Source of the DNA: Chloroflexota bacterium
Lineage (GTDB): Bacteria > Chloroflexota > Anaerolineae > 4572-78 > NAK82
Length of the DNA stretch: 40,571 nt
Direction of reading: 5' to 3'
Assembly (NCBI GenBank): GCA_024276515.1
Contig: JAJRXB010000341.1
Span: forward strand, 1 to 40,571
Shown: positions 21,168 to 29,311 of the stretch, one piece after another
How positions within the stretch are numbered: the first letter of the stretch is position 1
How the letters are laid out: the number at the start of each line of letters is the position of its first letter
Program-made: the position numbers and the translations under genes
Notes under the pieces: model-generated
Database searches by the model: none
What the model saw: only the letters and a program-made list of their open reading frames with translations
Told to the model about the DNA's origin: nothing

Positions 21168-22478
21168 CTATTCTCGATAGTACTCAACGTCGCAGGGCAT
21201 ATTAAATTCGCCCAGAAAAGGGGCCCGGTCTCTGTTATAATCCCAAAGGATAGAAATAGGGATTCGTGGCGTCTTATGAAAAGGAGTCCCGGTATTTGGC
21301 TTATGGCCTTCTTGGGTACCAACGACAAACTCCATAGTATAATCACCAGCTTGTAAGCCGAGTTCGAATTCAAAGTTGCAGAAGACCTGCTCATGCATTC
21401 CTAACAGAGGAGGAACAACGCCCTTAGTATAAGCCCCACCGCAGAATACTAAATGGTTAAACCTGTTATGTACGCCAACAGTAACGCTTGGGCGAACATT
21501 GTCACTGAAACTCTCTATGAGTAACTGTACACGCATTCGCTCCCCCATTTTGAAACTGAGGGTGTCCTTAGCCTGGGAGTTTTGAAAACGCACTCCCAAA
21601 ATTTTTGCTCGCTCAGTTTCGCTTTTGGCGGTGGGTGTGTCGTTAACCCATTGGCACTTTGACAGGAATTCAACCGTATCACGTGGATGACCGTCTATGC
21701 TTGACTCGAGATGATAACTATCAATAACGGTTCTGGTTGCACCAGCTTGAAGGGCTTGATATCTTAACACTGCGTTAACACTTTCTCCAGAGTAAATCAT
21801 TTCGCCCTTATCTAAAAGAATTGACTGTCGACATAGGGTCTGTATGGTGTTCATATTATGTGAAACTATCAGTAGTGTTGTACCATTCGCACGCAGCTTT
21901 TCCATCCGCGTGCTGCATTTCTGTTGAAAAAAAATATCACCCACAGCCAGTGCCTCGTCCACAATTAAGATATCCGGCTCAACACATGCCTGCACCGCAA
22001 AAGCCAGCCGCACAAACATGCCGCTAGAGTACAACTTCATCGGCTGGTCCATAAACTCGCCGATGTCGGCAAAGGCAGCGATCTCATCAAAGCGTTCGTC
22101 CATCTCCTCTCGGCTAAAGCCCAAAATAGCACCGTTGAGGTACACGTTCTCTCGCCCGGTAAACTCGGGGTTAAAGCCACTGCCAAGTTCCAGCAGGGCC
22201 CCCACCCGGCCATTGACCTGCACTTCGCCCTCGGTCGGTTGCAGTGTGCCGGCGATGATCTGCAACAGGGTGCTCTTGCCGGCTCCGTTACGACCGATAA
22301 TACCCACCATTTCTCCCCGTCGCACCTCAAAACTTACACCGCGCAGTGCCCAAAACTCGCGGGCGTAGTTTTTGCCGAAACGCCAAAACAAACTCTGCTT
22401 CAGCCGGTCTTGCGGCCGGTCGTAAAGCAGGTAGCGTTTGCTCACGTCCCGCACCGAAATGGCAATGTCATCGCTCAT
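21168..22478 (-). CDS. wzt: Polysaccharide ABC transporter ATP-binding protein with C-terminal (Wzt_C-like) domain
   Basis: GRNGAGKST, YSSGMFVRLAF, DEALAVGD; ~190-aa C-terminal extension. Confidence 0.93.
   Translation of the reverse strand: MSDDIAISVRDVSKRYLLYDRPQDRLKQSLFWRFGKNYAREFWALRGVSFEVRRGEMVGIIGRNGAGKSTLLQIIAGTLQPTEGEVQVNGRVGALLELGSGFNPEFTGRENVYLNGAILGFSREEMDERFDEIAAFADIGEFMDQPMKLYSSGMFVRLAFAVQACVEPDILIVDEALAVGDIFFQQKCSTRMEKLRANGTTLLIVSHNMNTIQTLCRQSILLDKGEMIYSGESVNAVLRYQALQAGATRTVIDSYHLESSIDGHPRDTVEFLSKCQWVNDTPTAKSETERAKILGVRFQNSQAKDTLSFKMGERMRVQLLIESFSDNVRPSVTVGVHNRFNHLVFCGGAYTKGVVPPLLGMHEQVFCNFEFELGLQAGDYTMEFVVGTQEGHKPNTGTPFHKTPRIPISILWDYNRDRAPFLGEFNMPCDVEYYRE
22424..22478 (-). repeat. 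55-bp direct repeat copy 1 (5' end of wzt)
   Basis: 52/55 identical to 23257-23311. Confidence 0.9.
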
Positions 22479-22486
22479 TATCTGAA

Positions 22487-22912
22487 TTATGAATCCTCTT
22501 GTCCAAGCGAGATACGAAGCCCAGGTGGCAAAAGTTCAAGGACAAAGTCCCAAACGGCTTGCGCTGTGGTCAGGGCGTCCACCGCTTCTTGCAGTGAAAT
22601 CTCCATTACCTCGCCAGGGTAGCGAATTTCCACCGCAAAGGGTGACAGAGCTTCCACGCTATCGCGCAAGGATACCAGGTCAGGCTCCTCTGCTTCGCAC
22701 AGGTCCAGCAAGTAGGGCAAGCTATGCACTTTTTCAAAAGGAACAGCTTTCCACACCAGAAAAGCCTTAAGCGTCTTTTCCACCGCCTGCTGGCAATGAA
22801 ACATCGCCGTGTCCAAGACTGGAGGTCGATGCTCTACCAGGATCTGCGCCGACAACAAGTCGTTTCTTGCTTTCTGAAGCCATTCTGTAATTTCATCCAC
22901 CTGGGGATTCAT
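22487..22912 (-). CDS. HEPN domain protein
   Basis: WLQKARNDL, FHCQQAVEKTLKA, HSL, RYPG; paired with the upstream MNT gene. Confidence 0.9.
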   Translation of the reverse strand: MNPQVDEITEWLQKARNDLLSAQILVEHRPPVLDTAMFHCQQAVEKTLKAFLVWKAVPFEKVHSLPYLLDLCEAEEPDLVSLRDSVEALSPFAVEIRYPGEVMEISLQEAVDALTTAQAVWDFVLELLPPGLRISLGQEDS

Positions 22913-23225
22913 AGAGTATCCTTCCTCTTTCCTCTACGATCCGCTCAAGGGAACTGATCCAGTGACGACGGCGCTCAAATTCCGCGTCAGTGACCACTTT
23001 GACCTCAATTGGCACACGGAGCCCCCGCAGTGCACGATAAACCTCCACTGCTCTTTTGTGCGGAGGTAATAAAGAATGATCAGTCACAATAAACAAATCT
23101 ACGTCACTGTTCTCATAGGGCTGGCCGTAAGCGTGAGAACCATAGAGGTAAATCCTTTTAGGCTGCAGCGCCGCTACAATCCGTCGAACGATTTCATCCA
23201 GTACTTCACTGTCTAAGGTCTTCAT
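22893..23225 (-). CDS. Minimal nucleotidyltransferase (MNT)
   Basis: LYGSHAYG...SDVDL. Confidence 0.9.
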   Translation of the reverse strand: MKTLDSEVLDEIVRRIVAALQPKRIYLYGSHAYGQPYENSDVDLFIVTDHSLLPPHKRAVEVYRALRGLRVPIEVKVVTDAEFERRRHWISSLERIVEERGRILYESPGG

Positions 23226-23251
23226 AAGAATCTCACTCCCGCCCGGTAAGA

Positions 23252-23311
23252 TCAGGAAAGCAGGTAGCGTTTGCTCACGCCCCGCACCGAAATGGCAATG
23301 TCATCATTCAT
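23252..23311 (-). pseudogene. Truncated duplicate of the wzt 5' end (MNDDIAISVRGVSKRYLLS*)
   Basis: Direct repeat of 22424-22478 ending in TGA at 23252-23254. Confidence 0.8.
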
Positions 23312-23362
23312 CGTTTTTCCAGATAGCTCGCAAATTTGGCAGGATTTACCTGTTCTCGCTCA

Positions 23363-23455
23363 TCAAGTCGGCCAGTAACCCGAGGTCAACGAGGTGTCAC
23401 TGACCACGGGCATACGTCAGACCGTCCTCAAGCTCTTCTCCAACGTCGGCCCAAC
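23363..23455 (-). pseudogene. Remnant junction of a UPF0175/DUF3368-like TA pair
   Basis: Minus strand reads ELGRR..EELEDGLTYARGQ* overlapping MPVVSDTS, recalled as typical termini of these families. Confidence 0.5.
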
Positions 23456-23914
23456 TCACAAAGCCTCGTCTATCATATCTGGATGTTCCCTCAACCAGCG
23501 TCTGTAGGCACTCAGAATTTGTTCCAGGTCGCCCAACTGATGGGCACAGATCCGATACAGCTCTTCCTGGGAAACCTCGTGATAGAAATGCACCAGGCGA
23601 TTGCGATAGCCGGCCAGAATGCGCAGCAGGTCTGCCTCTTCATCCTGCAAAACGCTATGCTCCTGCAATCTCTGCGCGATTTCCTTGTATTCACTCACTC
23701 CCAGACCAAAACCCCTGGTCAGAATGTGTCGCCCTATATCCAGCAGGGCTTCCAGGCCACGCCGCAGGCAGGACTCTGCCGTCCAGATATTCCTTCTGTC
23801 CGCGAAAAACGTCTGATCATCGTCCAGAGGAAGGGATCTGATGTCATCGAGCGTTGCCTCTACCCAGGCGATGCGGTCCACCACCACCCGCCTGGAGATC
23901 CGACCTGGTGTCAC
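23456..23914 (-). CDS. DUF86/HepT-like HEPN ribonuclease
   Basis: GYRNRLVHFY (RX4H); GTGA overlap with the MNT gene. Confidence 0.9.
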   Translation of the reverse strand: MTPGRISRRVVVDRIAWVEATLDDIRSLPLDDDQTFFADRRNIWTAESCLRRGLEALLDIGRHILTRGFGLGVSEYKEIAQRLQEHSVLQDEEADLLRILAGYRNRLVHFYHEVSQEELYRICAHQLGDLEQILSAYRRWLREHPDMIDEAL

Positions 23915-24354
23915 CGTTTCTCTCCCAAAATCAAAGCCATCCGTTCGCGCTCCAGGGGGATCAGATCGCCAGCCCGCCGCAAGACGTACAGATCGTATTC
24001 GTCGGCCTCGTGCTCATCTCGAGCGTACAGACGTTCGCCGCGCACGACGTTGGCCGCCAGGAAGGGGTCGGCCTCTGGCAAAGAGATCACGTCCACCCGC
24101 TCTACGTCAAAGAGATCCTCCAACGCGATTGCCAGGCGAACTTTTTCCTCCACAGAAAGGGGCATCCCGGGTATGGGTCTGACTCCAACGTCCACATCGG
24201 ACGGCCCGCGCCTGAAGGCTTGCCCCTCTTCTTTCACCCACGCCAATGCTTCTTTGGCCCGGCTGCCAAAAACGTATAAGGTAGCCACGTGGAACATTTG
24301 ACAGATGCGCGCCAGCGCTTCACGACGAGACTCGGCCCCTCTGATCTCTCCCAT
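23911..24354 (-). CDS. MntA-like nucleotidyltransferase antitoxin
   Basis: YVFGSRA...SDVDVGV, RVDVISL; ATG 24354 after GGAG. Confidence 0.88.
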   Translation of the reverse strand: MGEIRGAESRREALARICQMFHVATLYVFGSRAKEALAWVKEEGQAFRRGPSDVDVGVRPIPGMPLSVEEKVRLAIALEDLFDVERVDVISLPEADPFLAANVVRGERLYARDEHEADEYDLYVLRRAGDLIPLERERMALILGEKR

Positions 24355-24376
24355 CACTCCACTTTTGCCCTGTCCC

Positions 24377-25207
24377 TCATAGCACGTCGGCAAAGCCTTT
24401 CTTGGTGCGCATAAACCAAAAGTAGCCCAGCAAAAAGGCCAACAGGCACAATATCGCCGCGCCGATGAACCCATCCAGGCTGGGGAGTATCCCGGTCATA
24501 AAGGCATTTCGGTACAGAGTGATCAGCCGGGCCATCGGGTTGAGCCGAAAGATGATCAACGCCTGCGATGGCACCACGTCTTCCGGGTAAAAGATGGGGG
24601 TCAGAAACATCCACGCCCTGAGCAGCAGCGAGACAAGTTGCCCCATATCGGGCAGGTAGACGGCCAGGCTGGCCACGATCCAGTTTATCCCGATGGCGAA
24701 TAACAACTGCAAGGCCAAGATCACCGGCACAAACAGCAGAGTCCAGTACACCCGCCCGCTGACCCACCAGGCCAGAGGGAGTAGCAGCACAAAGCCGATC
24801 ACCTGCTGGATGGCGGCGGTCAAGGCCAGGTTCACCGGCAAAATCTCCAGCGGAAAGACCACGCGCTTGACCAGGTTGGTATTGGACCGGATCACACTTG
24901 TTGAGCGCGATAAGCCCTCGCTGACGGCGTTCCAGGGCAGCAGGCCGCACAACAGGTAAACCGAAAAGGTGAGCGGGCTGGCATCGGTGGTGAATTTCAC
25001 CCTGAGAAAAAGGGAGAAGACGACGGTATAGATGACCATCATCACCAACGGCTGGATGACAGACCAGAACAACCCGCCAAAGGAGCCCCGGTAGCGAGCG
25101 GTGAAGTCCCGCCAGGTCATGGTGCGGATCAATTCCCGGTGCCGGGCCAGGTTGCGGGTCAATCCCGGCAGGTCAAAAAACTCACGCGCATAATGCAGGG
25201 TAGCCAT
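24377..25207 (-). CDS. wzm: Polysaccharide ABC transporter permease
   Basis: RDFTARYRGSFGGLFW, LVKRVVFP, FLTPIFYP, LNPM, FADVL. Confidence 0.93.
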   Translation of the reverse strand: MATLHYAREFFDLPGLTRNLARHRELIRTMTWRDFTARYRGSFGGLFWSVIQPLVMMVIYTVVFSLFLRVKFTTDASPLTFSVYLLCGLLPWNAVSEGLSRSTSVIRSNTNLVKRVVFPLEILPVNLALTAAIQQVIGFVLLLPLAWWVSGRVYWTLLFVPVILALQLLFAIGINWIVASLAVYLPDMGQLVSLLLRAWMFLTPIFYPEDVVPSQALIIFRLNPMARLITLYRNAFMTGILPSLDGFIGAAILCLLAFLLGYFWFMRTKKGFADVL

Positions 25208-25210
25208 CCT

Positions 25211-25711
25211 TCACTCCAATTGATCCGCCGTCTCCCTCAACCAGGCGATGAACGTTCGCACCTCGGCCTCAAACTGTTGCCATACCATAGCTTGCTGCGC
25301 AACCAGTTGGGCTATCCTCTCTATTTCCAGCTCGTAGCCGTAAATGTTTCGAATCCCGTGGCGAAAAGCCAGGTATTTCTCCAGCGACCGTGCCGTCTGG
25401 CTGGAGATGAGAGGAGGTCTGCCTTCGTGGGTCCAGGCCATCCGTTCCAACAAACGTTTGTGCCAGTCGTATCCGGCTGGTAGCGCGCCGTTCAACTCGG
25501 AAGCCACGATTCGAAAAATTCGCTCGCAGCCGGTGTAAAAGTTGTGGAGTTTAAGGCCTTGATTTTCGTAAAGAATGTCAGCCAGTTCCGGTGAAGCAGC
25601 GATAAGCTGATCCACCTTTTCGATCTCTTCTCTCAGGCGAGCCAGTTGCCTTAACTCAACCTCAATATCCAGCGCGATCTCTTTCAGTTCGGGCGGCGTC
25701 AGGTGCTTCAT
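25211..25711 (-). CDS. HEPN/HepT-like protein
   Basis: LHNFYTGCERIF, WHKRLL, FRHGIRNIYG; downstream of an MNT gene. Confidence 0.85.
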   Translation of the reverse strand: MKHLTPPELKEIALDIEVELRQLARLREEIEKVDQLIAASPELADILYENQGLKLHNFYTGCERIFRIVASELNGALPAGYDWHKRLLERMAWTHEGRPPLISSQTARSLEKYLAFRHGIRNIYGYELEIERIAQLVAQQAMVWQQFEAEVRTFIAWLRETADQLE

Positions 25712-26054
25712 AAATTATCTCTCCTTGCGTCAAAACGCGCTGGCGGAAGTGAGGGTGCAAGCTTTCCAAAGGTTTTAAATCCACTTTAAACTGAGAAAGA
25801 CGGTTTACTTCAGCGTAGGCGGTAAAGAAGTCCGTTGGCGCAAGGCCGGCCACAGCCAGGTCAATATCAGATTCAGCAGTGAAGCGTCCCTTGACCAGAG
25901 AACCGAAGACGACCACCCGCTGCACGCCGTAGTTTTCCCTTAAGGCCTGAACAATTCGGTCCAGGTCGCGCCAGGCTGACCGGGCTAACCTTTGATGTCG
26001 GCGCTGGCGTATGGCCTGTTGTCGTTTCCAGTAAGCGACGTAAGGGTTTGCCAT
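25662..26054 (-). CDS. Minimal nucleotidyltransferase (MNT)
   Basis: VFGSLVKG...SDIDLAV, VDL; ATG 26054 after GGGAGAG. Confidence 0.88.
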   Translation of the reverse strand: MANPYVAYWKRQQAIRQRRHQRLARSAWRDLDRIVQALRENYGVQRVVVFGSLVKGRFTAESDIDLAVAGLAPTDFFTAYAEVNRLSQFKVDLKPLESLHPHFRQRVLTQGEIIYEAPDAARTERDRAGY

Positions 26055-26108
26055 GTCAGCGTCACTCTCCCATACCCTCAAAACGCAACACGGTGCTTGC
26101 GCAGCTAA

Positions 26109-26183
26109 GTACTTGTCCAAAAATAACTTTGGAGTTTAGGAGCCGTTTTGCGCCTGATCTGCGCTCTAAAGATGGACAAGTGC
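26109..26183. mobile_element. 75-bp MITE with TAA TSD
   Basis: GTACTTGTCCA / TGGACAAGTGC (1 mismatch), flanked by TAA at 26106-26108 and 26184-26186. Confidence 0.6.
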
Positions 26184-26221
26184 TAAACGAGGGGCAGAAC
26201 TGGATGGTCTTGCGCGCCTGC

Positions 26222-27334
26222 CTACAACAAAGCATCCACAATATACTCGGCAGCGTGGCCGTCGCCGTAGGGATTCACCGCCTGGGCCATCTGTTGGTAA
26301 GCGGCCGGGTCGTCCAGCAAACGACTGGCCTCGCGCACAATGAGCTCGCGGTTGGTGCCCACCAGCCGCACCGTGCCGGCCTACACCCCTTCGGGCCGCT
26401 CGGTCACTTCACGCAGCACCAGCACCGGCTTGCCCAGTCCCGGCGCTTCCTCCTGAATGCCGCCCGAATCGGTCAAAACCAGGGTACAACGCTTCATCAA
26501 ATGTACCAGCGGCAGATAGTCCAGGGGAGGCAGCAGGGTGACGTTGGGCACACCTCCCAACAGGCGATACACCGGTCCCTGCACGTTGGGGTTGAGATGT
26601 ACGGGATAGACGATGTGCACGTCGTCCGGGTAGCGACGAGCGATCTCGATCAGCGCGGCGCAAATCTCCTCCAATGGACGGCCAAAGTTCTCCCGCCGAT
26701 GCGCGGTGACCAGGACGATACGCCGCTCCCACGGCAGACCGGCCAGGGGTCCGGTCCCCGGATCATAGGGCCTGTCGGCGACCATCAGCAGCGCATCGAT
26801 CACCGGGTTGCCTGTGACGCAAACAGCCTCCGGCGCCACCCCCTCGCGCAGCAGATTGTCGCGAGCCCAGGCGGTGGGCGCAAAGTGCAGGTCGGCGACG
26901 ACGCCGGCCACCCGGCGATTGATCTCTTCGGGAAAGGGCCGATGCTTGTCGTGGGTGCGGAGTCCGGCTTCCACGTGGCCCACCTTAATTCGGTGATAAA
27001 AGGCCAGCAGGCCGGCAGCCATAACCGTCGTCGTGTCCCCCTGCACCAGCACCCAGTCGGGACGCTCGGCGGTCAACACCGGGTCCAAACCGGCGAAAAC
27101 CGAAGCAGTCACCTGGGCCAGGGATTGGTCTTCCCCCATAATGTCCAGGTCGTAGTCGGGGATCATATCGAAAAGTTCAAGGACCTGGTCCAACATCTCC
27201 CGGTGCTGAGCGGTAACGCAAACCCGCGATTCGATCCAATCAGGACGAGCCTCGAGGGCTTTCACCACGGGGGCCATCTTGATAGCCTCAGGACGGGTGC
27301 CGAAAATGGAAAGTACTTTAAGGTGAGAAGGCAT
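26222..27334 (-). pseudogene. wecB: UDP-N-acetylglucosamine 2-epimerase with an in-frame TAG at 26381-26383
   Basis: [43 protein letters not shown]; the conserved C-terminus (NPYGDGHAA) continues in frame to the stop at 26222. Confidence 0.9.
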
Positions 27335-27475
27335 AAACTTTAGCTGCCCGTGTCGCTCACGGCGCTTCAAGTTGTGGAGAGGTTATCCCGTTTGGGAAAA
27401 TCCAGGGGAGGTGGGTGCGCATCACAAATCTATCACCGAGCGATCTATGTGTTCCTGCCCAAGAGACTCGGTCAC

Positions 27476-27504
27476 ATTATAAACACATTCGTTTTCATTG
27501 GCAA
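27476..27504 (-). promoter_or_regulatory. Putative sigma70 promoter of the glycan locus
   Basis: Minus strand TTGCCA-N17-TATAAT upstream of wecB. Confidence 0.7.
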
Positions 27505-27595
27505 ACCTGCCACACCCATTGGGTGCATTTCAATTCTATGGCAGGATGCGTCTTTTATCTGGCCCGGCATCAGGCGATAGCGACTAATGTCGCGC

Positions 27596-27735
27596 CTGAA
27601 GGCCCCAGGCCGAGGCGTCGGCCGGCGCCGACGCGCCGGCGTCCACGGGAGGTGGACGCCTGGCCGTCAGGCCTGCAGGAGCGGTTTCAACCGCGTTTGT
27701 GCCTGGCACTAGCGCGAGCAAGGTGACTGTCACCT
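27596..27735. repeat. Cluster of REP-like palindromes in the divergent intergenic region
   Basis: GCGTCGGCCGGCGCCGACGC, GCGTCCACGGGAGGTGGACGC, GCGGTTTCAACCGC, AGGTGACTGTCACCT. Confidence 0.55.
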
Positions 27736-27866
27736 GGGTTAATCCTTTGAAAAGCCCTGACCCCTTGCGCTGAAGGATGTCCTCGTTGCGCCGGGGGCGT
27801 AACTATGCTCAATCTTGCGGGTTATGCTACAATAGGCCGACATTTTCACGCAAGGGAGGCATTCGC

Positions 27867-29147
27867 ATGTTCATCGGCCAACAATCCAAAGCGCAAATCA
27901 TCGAAGACTACGCCCGCTACGTGAATCCAGGCCGCGTATCCGTTTTCAAACAGATGGGGCTCGACTTTGTGCCAGGCCGGCGTGAGGGGGTGTGGCTGTG
28001 GGACGTGGACGAAAGCCGCCGGCTCCTCAACTGCCGTTGTTCCGGCGGGGTGTTCAACCTGGGACATCGTCCGCCGCGCGTGGTGGAGACGTTGAAAGCG
28101 GCGATGGACGAGATTGACGTGGGCGACCACATGCTGCTGGACGAGATGCGGGCCGCGCTGGGCAAGCGGCTGGCCCAACTCACGCCGGGCGACATTCAAT
28201 TTTCCACCTTCTCCCCCGGCGGCGCCGAAGCGATTGACGTGGCCATCAAGCTGGCGCGGGGCTACACCGGCCGGCCGGGCGTCATCTCGGTGAAGGGAGG
28301 CTACCACGGTCACACCGGCTTTGCCCTGGCGACGGGTGAGGATTCCTTCCGCGGCAAGTTCGGGCCGATGCCCCCCGGCTTCAGCAAAGTCCCCTTCGGC
28401 GACGCCGACGCGCTGGCGGACGCAGTGAGCGAGGAGACAGCCGCCGTCATCATCGAGACCATCCCGGCCACGGCCGGCATGCTCATCCCCCCCGACGACT
28501 ACTACCCCCGCGTGCGCCAGATTTGCGACGCCCACGGCGCGCAGCTCATCGTGGACGAGGTGCAATCGGGGCTGGGACGGACCGGCCGCATGTGGGCCAT
28601 CGAGGAGTGGGGCGTGGTGCCCGACATCCTGGTGACAGGCAAAGGACTCAGCGGCGCGGTGTACCCGATGTCGGCCACCTGCCATCGGCCCCACCTGGAC
28701 GCCTTCTTCCAGGAGAGCCCTTTTATCCACCTGTCGTCCTTCGGGGGGGCGGCGCTGGGCTGCGTCGCCGCGCTGACCACCCTCGATCAAACCACCGAGC
28801 CGGGCTTTATGGAACACGTCCAGGCCATGGGCGAGCGCTTTGAAGACGGTTTCGTCGAGTTGCGTTCGCGCCACCAGATTGTGGCCGGCTGGCGGCGGCG
28901 GGGATTGATGATCGGCTTTGAGCTGGTAGACCCTCGGATGGGACCGGCGATGAGCGTCGCCCTGGCGCAGAACGGTGTGCTGGCCGTCTTTGCCAATCAC
29001 CGGCCCAGCACCATCCAGATCATGCCGCCCCTCATCATCCAACCCGACGAGGTGGATTTTGTGCTGGAGGCGCTGGAGCGGTCGCTGACCTTCCTCACGG
29101 CACACCCCGAGATGGCGGAGTTGATCCCCAACGTGGGGGTGACGTAA
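27867..29147 (+). CDS. Class III PLP-dependent aminotransferase (putrescine/ornithine aminotransferase-like)
   Basis: FNLGH, GAEA, YHG, IVDEVQSGLGRTG, PDILVTGKGLSG (PLP Lys); GGGAGG RBS; upstream TGcTACAAT. Confidence 0.92.
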   Translation: MFIGQQSKAQIIEDYARYVNPGRVSVFKQMGLDFVPGRREGVWLWDVDESRRLLNCRCSGGVFNLGHRPPRVVETLKAAMDEIDVGDHMLLDEMRAALGKRLAQLTPGDIQFSTFSPGGAEAIDVAIKLARGYTGRPGVISVKGGYHGHTGFALATGEDSFRGKFGPMPPGFSKVPFGDADALADAVSEETAAVIIETIPATAGMLIPPDDYYPRVRQICDAHGAQLIVDEVQSGLGRTGRMWAIEEWGVVPDILVTGKGLSGAVYPMSATCHRPHLDAFFQESPFIHLSSFGGAALGCVAALTTLDQTTEPGFMEHVQAMGERFEDGFVELRSRHQIVAGWRRRGLMIGFELVDPRMGPAMSVALAQNGVLAVFANHRPSTIQIMPPLIIQPDEVDFVLEALERSLTFLTAHPEMAELIPNVGVT

Positions 29148-29201
29148 GGAGGAGAGGTAACTATCTATTCATCTGCTCTTCGAAATGTCGGGCTTTTCTC
29201 T

Positions 29202-29263
29202 GCCGGGATTAGGGGATGAGAGGATTTAACCTAAGCTTTATCCCCCAATCCCCTAATCCCGGC
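29202..29263. repeat. Perfect 16-bp inverted repeat (hairpin) between the aminotransferase and PEP-utiliser genes
   Basis: GCCGGGATTAGGGGAT (29202-29217) / ATCCCCTAATCCCGGC (29248-29263). Confidence 0.75.
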
Positions 29264-29311
29264 GAACAGGGTGAATGGTTACACGGAAAGACTGGAGGGA
29301 TGGGGGAACCG

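Noticed and set aside
22487-26054. Integron cassette array
   Set aside because: No integrase and no convincing attC (RYYYAAC...GTTRRRY) structure after the genes
26381-26383. Pyrrolysine or genetic-code reassignment of TAG
   Set aside because: Other genes here end normally in TAG (including wecB at 26222), no pyl genes are in the window, and the second interruption is TAA
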